Below, piece by piece: positions 1 through 9,203 of a stretch of 28,837 nucleotides of DNA. The notes below the pieces were generated by a model. It was not told where the DNA came from. It saw only the letters and a list, made by a program, of their open reading frames with translations, and searched no databases. Each line of letters begins with the position of its first letter. Position 1 is the stretch's first letter. Source of the stretch: a virus (taxonomy: Duplodnaviria; Caudoviricetes); the IMG/VR virus record IMGVR_UViG_3300020397_000464, positions 1 through 28,837 of that record; one strand, 5' to 3'. The position numbers and the translations under genes are program-made.

Positions 1-55
1 GAGCGTCTGGTTTGCATCCAGAAGGTCGTAGGTTCGATTCCTATCAGCTCCACCA
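1..55 (+). tRNA. tRNA-Ala(UGC), 5'-truncated by the window edge
   Basis: Anticodon arm TCTGG-TTTGCAT-CCAGA, T-arm GTAGG-TTCGATT-CCTAT, and 3' end AGCTCCACCA with encoded CCA, typical of tRNA-Ala. Confidence 0.93.
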
Positions 56-68
56 GCATTTACAATAT

Positions 69-296
69 ATGAAAAGAGTTCGCAATGGACTCAATGCAAG
101 ATATAAATTTCCCAACGGCTATGAAGCTAGTATTGTTTGTCATGATGGTTCTTATGGTGGTAAAAATAATTTATTTGAAATAGGAGTAATGGTTGATGGT
201 GATTTAGTTTATGATACACCTATTACGGAAGATGTCTTAGGACATTTAACATGGGATGAAGTTGAAGAAAATTTATGGAGGATTAAAGACTTATGA
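69..296 (+). CDS. Phage hypothetical protein (75 aa)
   Basis: The ORF-track start at 12 lies inside the tRNA, so ATG 69 is used. Sequence includes YKFPNGYEASIV..SYGG..LFEIGV. Confidence 0.75.
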   Translation: MKRVRNGLNARYKFPNGYEASIVCHDGSYGGKNNLFEIGVMVDGDLVYDTPITEDVLGHLTWDEVEENLWRIKDL

Positions 297-679
297 ATAT
301 ATTAAAAAGATTAATTGTTTTCGTAGTAGATAGTTGGAATGTAGTAATGGATAGTAGATATAATCCACTTAGACACATACATGACCCAAGTCTACAAGTT
401 TATTTTACACTAGCCTTATTCATAATGTGGTCAGGATACTTTGGGGCTCTGGCAGCATATTATATGGAATGGCTAGGTTATAGTGTAGTGACTTCTATTG
501 TAATTCACTTAGCTGTGTTTATACCTTTAATGGTAACAAGATATGTTTTCAAAGAAGCAGAAGAAAATGGCCATGTTTGGGTTCAAGAATGGAGAAATGT
601 CAAACTTGTAAGGCCTGAAAATTCAGGTAAATTTGATAAACAAAAAGTAGCTCCTTACAGAGACGGAGATAATACATAA
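293..679 (+). CDS. Hypothetical membrane protein (2 TM)
   Basis: ATGA overlap with the upstream ORF and two hydrophobic segments. Confidence 0.75.
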   Translation: MNILKRLIVFVVDSWNVVMDSRYNPLRHIHDPSLQVYFTLALFIMWSGYFGALAAYYMEWLGYSVVTSIVIHLAVFIPLMVTRYVFKEAEENGHVWVQEWRNVKLVRPENSGKFDKQKVAPYRDGDNT

Positions 680-837
680 TGGAGATTTTTGATAGTATAT
701 GGACACTTCTTCAAATAGGAATTGTCATAGGATTAATAATTGTAGCAATAATCGCATTTATACGAGTTGGTTGGGAACTAGGTAAATATCTAGTACCAAT
801 ATTATTAATTCTTTATATAATATCGAATTGGGTTTAG
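679..837 (+). CDS. Small membrane protein (52 aa, MEIFDSIWTLLQIGIVIGLII...)
   Basis: Below the ORF-track cutoff. TAATG coupling to the upstream gene and two hydrophobic stretches. Confidence 0.7.
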   Translation: MEIFDSIWTLLQIGIVIGLIIVAIIAFIRVGWELGKYLVPILLILYIISNWV

Positions 838-838
838 T

Positions 839-1000
839 ATGACAGTATTAGAACTTTTTATGATTACAGTAGGAACAACAGCTGTATCTTTCTTTTATAT
901 AAAACTACATGAATGGTTTCATTCAGTAGATATTAAAACTCATGGAGTTTCTTCTGGTGAAGAACAAAGTAAAACAAAACACATGGATGATATATTATGA
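839..1000 (+). CDS. Small protein with N-terminal TM segment (53 aa)
   Basis: Fills the gap exactly, with an ATGA overlap into the next gene. Confidence 0.65.
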   Translation: MTVLELFMITVGTTAVSFFYIKLHEWFHSVDIKTHGVSSGEEQSKTKHMDDIL

Positions 1001-1560
1001 ATATTTTTTATTTGAACGAATCTCCTGAGACTTGTGCTCAGATGCACTGTGATAAGCATGTGGTCAAGATGATTATAGAATATGCCCAACTCTTGTCCAC
1101 TGCACACCGTGTTATAGATGGTAATCCTTATTATGATAAGACAAAAAATGGCAGAAAAATTCTTAGATATAGAATGGAAAATCCAAATTTAGAAAAAACA
1201 CTTTATAAAGCTGCGATGATAAATCACCCATCTGCAGTTTGGGCTAGGCAAAATCCTGAAAATTATATTTTTCTCTATGACTTATTTGATGAACTATGTG
1301 CAGAATATACATGGAGATATGGTAAAACACATTCAACAGAAAATTTATTATCTAATTTATTATCGAGAGTACCAGAAAATATTCCAGAAGGAAAGTTTTT
1401 TGAACCACCACAATGTATGCCAGATGATGTAAAAGACACAACTTCTATTCAGGCATATCATAACTATTACAACAAATATAAATCATACTTTGCTAAATGG
1501 ACAAATAGAACAACTCCAGATTGGTATGGTTTCAAAGCAGATGCGGGGTACGCTTCTTGA
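997..1560 (+). CDS. Pyrimidine-dimer DNA glycosylase / endonuclease V-like family protein
   Basis: Motifs MNIFYL...HCDKHVVKMIIEYAQLLSTAH, HPSAVWAR and EYTWRYGKTH, typical of this marine phage family. Confidence 0.7.
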   Translation: MNIFYLNESPETCAQMHCDKHVVKMIIEYAQLLSTAHRVIDGNPYYDKTKNGRKILRYRMENPNLEKTLYKAAMINHPSAVWARQNPENYIFLYDLFDELCAEYTWRYGKTHSTENLLSNLLSRVPENIPEGKFFEPPQCMPDDVKDTTSIQAYHNYYNKYKSYFAKWTNRTTPDWYGFKADAGYAS

Positions 1561-1585
1561 CAAAAACAGATTTAGGGTTTAGGAT
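1557..1585 (+). promoter_or_regulatory. Sigma70-type promoter
   Basis: TTGACA-N17-TAGGAT, with ATG 1593 seven nt downstream. Confidence 0.7.
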
Positions 1586-1592
1586 GGACAAG

Positions 1593-1856
1593 ATGTATAA
1601 ATTTAATGAAGACAAATCTGTAAAAGAATTAAAGAAATATATTGATAAAACTTATTCTCAACATTATTCGAAGAATAAGTTTCAAGCAACAGAATTTATT
1701 ATTGACGGTGGACATGGAGAAGGCTTCTGTATCGGAAACATTCTCAAATATGCACAGCGTTATGGTAAAAAAGAGGGGCATAATAAAGCTGACTTAATGA
1801 AAGTTTTACATTATGCCGTAATCGCTCTTTATGTTCATGATAAAGAGCACAACTAG
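1593..1856 (+). CDS. DUF3310-like phage protein
   Basis: Motif HY...GFCIGNILKYAQRYGKK...DLMKVLHYA. Start placed downstream of the promoter. Confidence 0.75.
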   Translation: MYKFNEDKSVKELKKYIDKTYSQHYSKNKFQATEFIIDGGHGEGFCIGNILKYAQRYGKKEGHNKADLMKVLHYAVIALYVHDKEHN

Positions 1857-1869
1857 AAAAGGTGAATGA

Positions 1870-2538
1870 ATGAATATTAGTAATGAAACTCTAGACATAC
1901 TTAGAAATTTTTCAAGTATAAACTCTGGTATTACAGTTAAGGCTGGTAATGAATTGGTAACTGTTTCAGCGATGAAGAATATTTTCGCTAAAGCAGTCGT
2001 AGACGAAAGCTTCGAGAAAGACCATTCAATCTATGACCTATCTGAATATCTAGGTGCTGTATCTTTGTTTGATAGACCAAACTTTGATTTCAACGCCGAG
2101 AAAGTAACAGTATCAGAGGGCGATAATAGTGTAACTTATTATTACGCTGACCCACAAATGGTAATCTCCCCTACAAAAGAGATAACAATGCCTGAACCTG
2201 AGGTATCTTTTGACTTAGATAAAGATGTCTTAGATTCTTTATTGAAAGCTTCTTCTGTTTTATCCTTACCTGATATGGTATTATCAAGTGATGGTCAATC
2301 AGTTGTATTAACAGTAAAAGACAAAAAGAACTCAACTTCAAATGTCTTTAGTAAAACAGTAGCTCAAGGTAATGGGTCAACTTTCGAAATGTTTTTAAGA
2401 ATGGAAAACATGAAAATGATTCCTGGTGATTATACAGTTTTTGTATCATCAAAAGGTATCGCTCATTTTACAAACAGAAATGTAGCAGTTGAATACTTTA
2501 TAGCTTTAGAGCCAGATTCAACTTATAATGCTGTTTAA
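1870..2538 (+). CDS. 45: Sliding clamp (T4 gp45)
   Basis: N-terminus MNISNETLDILRNFSSINSGI, motif IYDLSEYL, 222 aa, located upstream of gp44. Confidence 0.95.
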   Translation: MNISNETLDILRNFSSINSGITVKAGNELVTVSAMKNIFAKAVVDESFEKDHSIYDLSEYLGAVSLFDRPNFDFNAEKVTVSEGDNSVTYYYADPQMVISPTKEITMPEPEVSFDLDKDVLDSLLKASSVLSLPDMVLSSDGQSVVLTVKDKKNSTSNVFSKTVAQGNGSTFEMFLRMENMKMIPGDYTVFVSSKGIAHFTNRNVAVEYFIALEPDSTYNAV

Positions 2539-3313
2539 TGTCCGAGAGATAAACAAAGATATAGCTATAAGTTTCATTGAGGAGCATCACTATACACCGA
2601 TGCTCCCAAAACTTACTAAACATTGGTTAGGTGGTTTTGTAGAAGGTGAACTAGTAGCTGTACTTACTCTTGGTTGGGGTACACAACCCAAACAAACAAT
2701 CAAAAAATTATTTCCACATCTAGATACAAAAGATTATTTTGAGATTGGTAAAATGTGCTTAACAGATGAAATGCCTAAAAATAGTGAGACACAATTTTTA
2801 AAAATGGTAAAAAAATGGATTCAAGAAAATACAGATATTGATTTACTCTATACTATGGCTGATGGTATTATGGGTAAAGCTGGGTATGTGTATCAGGCTT
2901 TCAACTTTTTTTATGGTGGAAAATTTAGAACAGCTGTTTATAGAGATACAATAACAGGAGAAAAAATACACCCACGAACAGCGAGAAAGTTATGTGAAGA
3001 GAACGCAATCTTTCTACAAAAAGAACGAGTTCATTGGTTGACTCCTGATTATATGAAAACTAAAAACTTAGAGAGAATAGATGGCTTGATGTTCAGATAT
3101 ATGTTACCAATGAACAAGAAAGCCAAGAAACATTTTAAGAAGTCTACAGTTGACTGGACTTTAAATTATCCAAAACACAAAGACATAGAGTTTTGGAAAC
3201 AAATAGAACTAGGTAAATACGAGAAGATGGCAGATTGGCCTGTATTTACTTTTGACAATATGAAATATAATAAAAAGATGTCAGGTGGTAGACTTGACGA
3301 ATTTATGACTTGA
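2528..3313 (+). CDS. Mom-like GNAT-fold putative DNA base-modification protein
   Basis: HHY, EIGKMCL..MPKNSETQFL and LYTMADG..GKAGYVYQAFNFFYGG resemble Mu Mom-family motifs. Confidence 0.65.
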   Translation: MLFNVREINKDIAISFIEEHHYTPMLPKLTKHWLGGFVEGELVAVLTLGWGTQPKQTIKKLFPHLDTKDYFEIGKMCLTDEMPKNSETQFLKMVKKWIQENTDIDLLYTMADGIMGKAGYVYQAFNFFYGGKFRTAVYRDTITGEKIHPRTARKLCEENAIFLQKERVHWLTPDYMKTKNLERIDGLMFRYMLPMNKKAKKHFKKSTVDWTLNYPKHKDIEFWKQIELGKYEKMADWPVFTFDNMKYNKKMSGGRLDEFMT

Positions 3314-3323
3314 GGATAAGATC
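3294..3323 (+). promoter_or_regulatory. Sigma70-type promoter with GATC overlapping -10
   Basis: TTGACG-N17-TAAGAT(C), with gp44 ATG 6 nt downstream. Confidence 0.7.
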
Positions 3324-3328
3324 TAATT

Positions 3329-4267
3329 ATGAGTGAAGAATTTTTATGGGTGGAGAAATATAGACCTAAAACTATTTCAGAGTGTATCTTACCTGATACT
3401 ATCAAAAATACCTTTCTTGATTTTGTAAAGAACAAAGAAATACCTAATTTATTATTATGTGGTACGGCTGGTGTTGGTAAAACTACAGTAGCTAGGGCTT
3501 TATGTAATGACTTTCAAGCTGACTATATTTTAATTAATGGTTCAGAAGAAAGAAATATTGACACACTAAGAGTTAAGATAAAGAACTTTGCTTCTACTGT
3601 ATCTTTATCTGGTGGTCCAAAGATAGTCATACTTGATGAAGCTGATTATCTAAATGCACAATCAACTCAACCAGCGTTGAGAGGTTTCATAGAAGAGTTT
3701 TCTAAAAACTGTAGATTCATATTTACTTGTAATTATAAAAACAGAATTATACCACCTCTACATTCAAGATGTAGTGTCATAGACTTTACTATTCAGAATG
3801 ACCAAAAGCCTATGATAGCTAATATGATATTTCAAAGAATACTTTTGATTCTAGGTTGGGAAAATATTAAATCAAATGACAAAGTTGTAGCTGAACTAAT
3901 TAATAAGTTCTTTCCTGATTTCAGAAGAGTTCTAAACGAACTACAAAAATATTCAGCGAGTGGTAGTATTGATTCAGGCGTATTAGCCAATCTTGACGAC
4001 CAATCTCTAACAGAAATAATTGGTTATCTCAAGAACAAAGAATTTTCTAAAATGAGAAAATGGGTAGCTATGAATATTCATAATGACCCACAAGCGATAT
4101 ATAGAAAACTATATGATAGTTTTTTCAACCTATTAGAAAACAGGTCAGTACCACAATCAATAATTATATTAAGTGATTACTCTTATAAGTCTGCATTTGT
4201 AGCCGACCAAGAAGTAAATATGGTGGCTTGTCTAACTGAATTGATGATGGAAGCTGAGTTTAAATAA
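3329..4267 (+). CDS. 44: Clamp loader large subunit (T4 gp44)
   Basis: LWVEKYRPKTI, Walker A GTAGVGKT, Walker B ILDEAD and the SRC motif. Confidence 0.97.
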   Translation: MSEEFLWVEKYRPKTISECILPDTIKNTFLDFVKNKEIPNLLLCGTAGVGKTTVARALCNDFQADYILINGSEERNIDTLRVKIKNFASTVSLSGGPKIVILDEADYLNAQSTQPALRGFIEEFSKNCRFIFTCNYKNRIIPPLHSRCSVIDFTIQNDQKPMIANMIFQRILLILGWENIKSNDKVVAELINKFFPDFRRVLNELQKYSASGSIDSGVLANLDDQSLTEIIGYLKNKEFSKMRKWVAMNIHNDPQAIYRKLYDSFFNLLENRSVPQSIIILSDYSYKSAFVADQEVNMVACLTELMMEAEFK

Positions 4268-5544
4268 TGGAACCTTTTGTTAAAAAACAATATGATGAAT
4301 ATCAGGCGAATAGAACTGAGAAAACCATATTATCTAAAGATGAACTAAGAGATAGAATTATAAAAGATTTATCTCAAGTTTCAAAAATGGGTGTTGGTGA
4401 ATATACTCTCTATCAAAAATATCTAGAAATACATATGAGATATCCGACTCAAGATATCGGTACTTTATTTGGCGAAGAGAAACAATTAGTAAATGAATCT
4501 CATTTAAAATTAATTAATGAAACAAAAAATAACATATGGTTTCCAGAAGACCCTATGGATTTTGAGAAGTTAGAACCAGAACTAGTTTATACAGATAGTC
4601 TCAAAGATAAAAGGTCAGCTGGTACACTTACTGAAAAATGGAACTGTATTCGAACATTTACCTCTACAATGAAAAATAGTTCAAACATAGGCCGTAATAT
4701 GCATTACATAGTAAGAGATAAAGTATCAGGTAAATATCTTGGTGTTATTTGTATTACAGGTGATTTTATTGATTTAACACCTAGAGATAATTACATTGGT
4801 TGGGAAAGAGAATACAAAACGAATAGTGGTAAACTAAATCATTCATGTATCGGCTCTACAATAGTACCTTTACAACCTCTTGGTTTTAATTACACAGGTG
4901 GTAAACTACTCGCTTTACTTTGTCTATCAGATGATATTCAAAAACAATGGGAAGAAAACTATGGTAATAAACTTGTAAGTGTAACAACTACATCTTTATA
5001 TGGTAAATCAAAGACAGGTGGTTTATCTCAGTATGATAGACTCAAACATTGGAAGAAAATGGGTTACAGTAAAGGCTCTTTATCATATGAGTTAACAAAA
5101 GAAACAGAAAAAGAAATGTTGAATTACGCTGAAGAACATTTTAACGAAAAGTATTTTTTACTTTATGTTGCGAAGAGAGAGAATGGCCAAACTCTAAAAA
5201 GAGACCATAGAAATAGAATGAGACAAATGATGTATTCGAAACTTGATATACCAAAAGATATTCAAAAGTCGGACCATCAAAGAGGTATTTACTATTCACC
5301 ACTTTATGATAATACCTGTGAGTTTTTAAGAGGTGAGATAGAAGAAGATAGTTTAGTTAAGTCTTTTGATACATCTACAGAAGCACTAACTGAATTATGG
5401 AAAGAGAAATACGCGAGAAAAAGAATTACAAATTTAATTAATAATGATAGGATAAATTTAGACGAAACATTATTTTATGATGATGTTTGCTTTCAAACAT
5501 GGGATGAAACGAAGGCTAAATATCTAGGTGAGGTCGGAAGATGA
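4267..5544 (+). CDS. DUF4338/DruA-like GNAT-fold protein (paralog 1)
   Basis: GRNMHYIVRD..GKYLGVI, VPLQPLGFNYTGGKLLALLC, TTTSLYGK and SQYD motifs. Confidence 0.7.
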   Translation: MEPFVKKQYDEYQANRTEKTILSKDELRDRIIKDLSQVSKMGVGEYTLYQKYLEIHMRYPTQDIGTLFGEEKQLVNESHLKLINETKNNIWFPEDPMDFEKLEPELVYTDSLKDKRSAGTLTEKWNCIRTFTSTMKNSSNIGRNMHYIVRDKVSGKYLGVICITGDFIDLTPRDNYIGWEREYKTNSGKLNHSCIGSTIVPLQPLGFNYTGGKLLALLCLSDDIQKQWEENYGNKLVSVTTTSLYGKSKTGGLSQYDRLKHWKKMGYSKGSLSYELTKETEKEMLNYAEEHFNEKYFLLYVAKRENGQTLKRDHRNRMRQMMYSKLDIPKDIQKSDHQRGIYYSPLYDNTCEFLRGEIEEDSLVKSFDTSTEALTELWKEKYARKRITNLINNDRINLDETLFYDDVCFQTWDETKAKYLGEVGR

Positions 5545-6713
5545 GCGAAAAGAGTGGAAGTAATTGGTCAAAAGGACTAATACTTGATAAAAAAGATGCG
5601 ATATACGCAGCGAATAGATTTACAGAGTATTTCAAAAACTTTGAACATATAATTGATTATTTCAAAGAAGTAAAAAAAGAACGAATAGAAAAAATGCCAC
5701 AGCCAATGTTTGGTATGTCATGGGGTGATGATTTCTTTCAGAATTGGGATATGCATCCAGAAGATATGGATTTTGAATTAAGAGATGCTACTAGTGAAAC
5801 ATTTCATCATTATCTTGAGTTAGTAGCTTCTCACCCGAATGAAGCTTCAATACCTGGTAGACATATTAGATATATGTTATATGAAAAGAATACAAACACA
5901 ATAGCTGGTTTTATCAGACTAGGTTCTCCTGTTATGTCGATAAGACCTAGAAATCAGTATCTAGACGGTGTTGTTGGTATGAATGGTAATATATCTCTAT
6001 CAACTTTTAATAAACATAGTATCAATGGTTTTATAATAGTACCAGCCCAACCATTTGGTTTTAATTATCTAGGTGGTAAATTATTAGCTGGTCTTTGTTG
6101 TACGGCAGAAGTAAAAGAACATTTAGATTCTAAGTACGATATGAACACTTGCTTGTTCGAAACAACTTCACTCTACGGTTCGAGCAAGCAGTTGTCGCAG
6201 TATGATGGTATGAAACCATTTATACGATTCAAGGGACTCACCGACAGCAGTTTCTCTCCCAATATGCATGATGGTGTGTTCCTTGACTTTAACAAATGGT
6301 TTACAGAAAAGAATGATGGCGTAAGAATTGTAGACCCAACAGTATCAGGTAGAAAGATGAAAACTCAAATGAGAATGATTTCTATCATTAAACAATCACT
6401 AAAAGAACATGATGAACAAGAATATAAAAAGTTTGTAGAGTTTCATAAAGAATCAACTAATCTAAATGAACAAAAAAGATTCTTTATATCTACATATGGT
6501 TATGAAAATGTTCCACAGATAATCAGAGGTGAAGAGACAGAGTTAAGAAAAGCCCCTAACTTTGATAGATATACTCAACAAGGTATTCTAGATTGGTGGC
6601 GTCCAAAGGCGGCTAGAAGATATGAACAACTTAAAAAAGATGGTAGACTTAAAACTAGTCTTGAAATCTGGTCTGAAACTTTTGATATAGATATATTAAG
6701 AGAAGGCAAATGA
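5541..6713 (+). CDS. DUF4338/DruA-like GNAT-fold protein (paralog 2)
   Basis: PGRHIRYMLYE..IAGFIRLGSP, VPAQPFGFNYLGGKLLAGLC, ETTSLYG and SQYDG. Shares its core with the upstream ORF. Confidence 0.7.
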   Translation: MSEKSGSNWSKGLILDKKDAIYAANRFTEYFKNFEHIIDYFKEVKKERIEKMPQPMFGMSWGDDFFQNWDMHPEDMDFELRDATSETFHHYLELVASHPNEASIPGRHIRYMLYEKNTNTIAGFIRLGSPVMSIRPRNQYLDGVVGMNGNISLSTFNKHSINGFIIVPAQPFGFNYLGGKLLAGLCCTAEVKEHLDSKYDMNTCLFETTSLYGSSKQLSQYDGMKPFIRFKGLTDSSFSPNMHDGVFLDFNKWFTEKNDGVRIVDPTVSGRKMKTQMRMISIIKQSLKEHDEQEYKKFVEFHKESTNLNEQKRFFISTYGYENVPQIIRGEETELRKAPNFDRYTQQGILDWWRPKAARRYEQLKKDGRLKTSLEIWSETFDIDILREGK

Positions 6714-7090
6714 ACCCTTTTGAATTCGTAAATTCGATAACATTTAATAAGAATGATATACTAGAACAAGATGAACTCTTGGAGAAAGAATATGCCCCTT
6801 TCCTAGTCAATCGGAGTCTATCATATCATCAGGACTGTATACTTTTTGCTAATGAAGTGAATAGAAGATTCGATATGCCACACAAGCTTCAATACCACTA
6901 TTTACTAAATAGCATTAGAAAAAGAAAAAGGTTTGCTCAATGGAGTAAACCTGAAAAGATTGACGATTTGAAAGTTGTCATGGATTATTATCAAGTATCT
7001 CGCCAAAAGGGAGAAGAGTATTTAAATATTCTATCTAAAAAACAAATAGGGATATTAAAAAGAAAAATGAGTAAAGGTGGCATGAAATGA
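6710..7090 (+). CDS. 62: Clamp loader small subunit (T4 gp62)
   Basis: Y.PFLVNRSLSY..DCILFANEVN and QYHYLLNSIRKRKRF, located upstream of regA. Confidence 0.93.
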   Translation: MNPFEFVNSITFNKNDILEQDELLEKEYAPFLVNRSLSYHQDCILFANEVNRRFDMPHKLQYHYLLNSIRKRKRFAQWSKPEKIDDLKVVMDYYQVSRQKGEEYLNILSKKQIGILKRKMSKGGMK

Positions 7091-7485
7091 GTTATGACAT
7101 ACAGGATATGCTAGAGGTATCATTCAAAGAGAGTGATGACTTCTTAAAAATACGAGAAACATTAACACGAATCGGTGTGGCTTCAAGAAAAGATAGAACC
7201 CTTTATCAATCTTGTCACATCTTACATAAACGAGGTAAATATTATCTAGTTCACTTCAAAGAACTTTTTGCTTTAGATGGTAAAGAGCATTCTATGAATG
7301 AGAACGATATTGGTAGAAGAAACGCTATAGCTAGACTACTTGAAGAATGGGGTCTAATTAAAGTTGTAGATGAATCAAAGGTCATGAGTCCATGTGCACC
7401 AATGAGTCAGATTAAAGTTTTACCTCATAAAGAAAAGAACGAGTGGAACTTAGTCGCTAAATATAATATTGGCGTCACAAAATAA
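7087..7485 (+). CDS. regA: Translational repressor RegA
   Basis: DDFLKIRETLTRIGVASRKDRTLYQSCHILHKRGKYYLVHFKELF. Confidence 0.97.
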   Translation: MSYDIQDMLEVSFKESDDFLKIRETLTRIGVASRKDRTLYQSCHILHKRGKYYLVHFKELFALDGKEHSMNENDIGRRNAIARLLEEWGLIKVVDESKVMSPCAPMSQIKVLPHKEKNEWNLVAKYNIGVTK

Positions 7486-8550
7486 ATGAAAGCAAAAAGT
7501 TTTAAATCCTTTTTGAAAGAGGACTTTGAACCGTATAAGTTAGTTATACTAACTCATTCTGCTGCAGGTGTTAGAGATACCAAAAGTGAACCCGCAGAAT
7601 CTGGAACAGAACTTCTTAAAAAAGTAGGCAAACAAATAGGTATACAAGTTGAAACTGCAGACTTTGTTGGAGCCTATACGAAAAAAGAAGGTGATAAAAG
7701 ACTTTTATATTCTTTTGAGTTTGACGAAGACGGCGAAGTTCAATTACCTGCTTCAGACGATAGAGTTTTAAAATATCAAAAACCTATAGTATGTGACCCT
7801 AAGAATACAATCATAATGCCTAGAGGTCTAGGTACTCAAGGGTTTACAGCTTCAAGAGGCTGGCTAGATTTAGTAAAAGAATTTGAGTATGACGGATTCT
7901 TCATTGTAAATGATATTGAATCATATGATATTTGTACGAGTAAGTATTTAACTTATGTAAATCTAAAACGATTCGGATTTAGAACTCCTAAAACTGTACC
8001 GATAGAACATTCAGAAGCTGCAGAGGCAGCATTCAAAAGACTCAAGACAGACTTTCCAATTATTTTAAAATCATCTACAGGAACTCAAACAGGTGTAGGT
8101 GTGGTAATTATCGAAAGTATGAGAACATTACGAGCAGTTGTTCAGATGTTATTACTTTACGAAAAATATCTACCACTAATCTTACAAGAATATATAAAAA
8201 CAGATTATGATATGAGAGTTGTTGTATGTAATGGCAAAGTTGTAGGTGGTATTAGAAGAGAGGTTATGTCAGATGATATAAGAAGTAATGTATCATTAGG
8301 GGCAGTAGCAGAACAAATAGAACTTACAGAATTAGAAAAACAAACAGCGATAGATATATCAGATAAATTAGGTCTACATCTAGCAGGTGTAGATTTCATA
8401 CCATCAGAAGACAGAGAAAAAATACCACCATATTGTCTAGAAGTTAACGCAAACTTAGGACTTATGGGTGTCGAAAAAAGAATCGAAGGTAGTCCTACCA
8501 AAAAAATTCTGCAAGAGCTTGGTGACCGAGACTCTTGGAATACTAAATAA
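7486..8550 (+). CDS. RimK-like ATP-grasp ligase
   Basis: FPIILKSSTGTQTGVGV, ILQEYI, DMRVVV, RSNVSLG, AGVDFI and LEVNAN. Confidence 0.85.
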   Translation: MKAKSFKSFLKEDFEPYKLVILTHSAAGVRDTKSEPAESGTELLKKVGKQIGIQVETADFVGAYTKKEGDKRLLYSFEFDEDGEVQLPASDDRVLKYQKPIVCDPKNTIIMPRGLGTQGFTASRGWLDLVKEFEYDGFFIVNDIESYDICTSKYLTYVNLKRFGFRTPKTVPIEHSEAAEAAFKRLKTDFPIILKSSTGTQTGVGVVIIESMRTLRAVVQMLLLYEKYLPLILQEYIKTDYDMRVVVCNGKVVGGIRREVMSDDIRSNVSLGAVAEQIELTELEKQTAIDISDKLGLHLAGVDFIPSEDREKIPPYCLEVNANLGLMGVEKRIEGSPTKKILQELGDRDSWNTK

Positions 8551-8576
8551 TTATACCAATAAAAAAAGGAGAATAT

Positions 8577-8801
8577 ATGTTAAGTATAGACTTTATTAAA
8601 GAATGGTGCATTAATAAGATTGAATACCTCAAGAGTCAAGCTCTGAAAGAGAGAACTTCTTGGGATGGTATAGTAATCATTGCTGTATCAGGTTCAATCA
8701 TTCTTTTTGGCGGTTTAATCAAACTAATCGCCTGGCTAGCTTTAGCCTACGGTATTTACACACTTGTAAAAGAAGAGGGATTTAATCCTCTAGACCATTA
8801 A
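8577..8801 (+). CDS. Small membrane protein
   Basis: AGGAG SD, a late-promoter-like CTAAATA at 8543-8549, and ERTSWDG followed by a hydrophobic hairpin. Confidence 0.75.
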   Translation: MLSIDFIKEWCINKIEYLKSQALKERTSWDGIVIIAVSGSIILFGGLIKLIAWLALAYGIYTLVKEEGFNPLDH

Positions 8802-9166
8802 TGATAGAAGTAACAGATGAGGCAATTACTAAACTTCTTCAAAAACAAAAAGAAGAACGATTTAGTCATATACGGCTTGGAATCAAGGGGGGTGGTTGCG
8901 CTGGTTTTGAGTATGTTTTTGCTGTTGATGATATTGGAGATGATGATATAGTTTTAGACTATGGTAAATGGAGTTTTATCATCAATAAAATATCTGTTCC
9001 TTATATTAATGGTATGACTTTAGACTATGTTAAAGAAGGTCTAAATGAGTTTTTCAAGTTTATAAATCCAAAAGAACAATCTTCATGTGGATGTGGTGTC
9101 AGTATCAACTTTGATTTGAATGCTGTTGAGGCTGACGAAAAACAAATATTCGCAGTGGAGGTATGA
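8801..9166 (+). CDS. iscA: A-type Fe-S cluster carrier (IscA/HesB family)
   Basis: RLGIKGGGCAGFEY and NPKEQSSCGCGVS. Confidence 0.92.
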   Translation: MIEVTDEAITKLLQKQKEERFSHIRLGIKGGGCAGFEYVFAVDDIGDDDIVLDYGKWSFIINKISVPYINGMTLDYVKEGLNEFFKFINPKEQSSCGCGVSINFDLNAVEADEKQIFAVEV

Positions 9167-9188
9167 TTCTCGAGCAGTCTCCACTGCG
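9151..9188 (+). terminator. Hairpin across the iscA stop codon (terminator or processing stem)
   Basis: Perfect 10-bp inverted repeat CGCAGTGGAG / CTCCACTGCG with only a weak U-tract. Confidence 0.45.
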
Positions 9189-9195
9189 TCTTAAT

Positions 9196-9203
9196 TATAA
9201 ATA
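9196..9203 (+). promoter_or_regulatory. T4 late promoter (gp55-type)
   Basis: Exact TATAAATA in the intergenic region upstream of ORF 9269. Confidence 0.75.

Noticed and set aside
12-68. ORF-track N-terminal extension of the first ORF
   Set aside because: It overlaps the tRNA-Ala. ATG 69 is more plausible.
4267-6713. Complete Druantia defence system
   Set aside because: No DruE-type helicase or other dru genes in the window, and the context is a phage replication operon.
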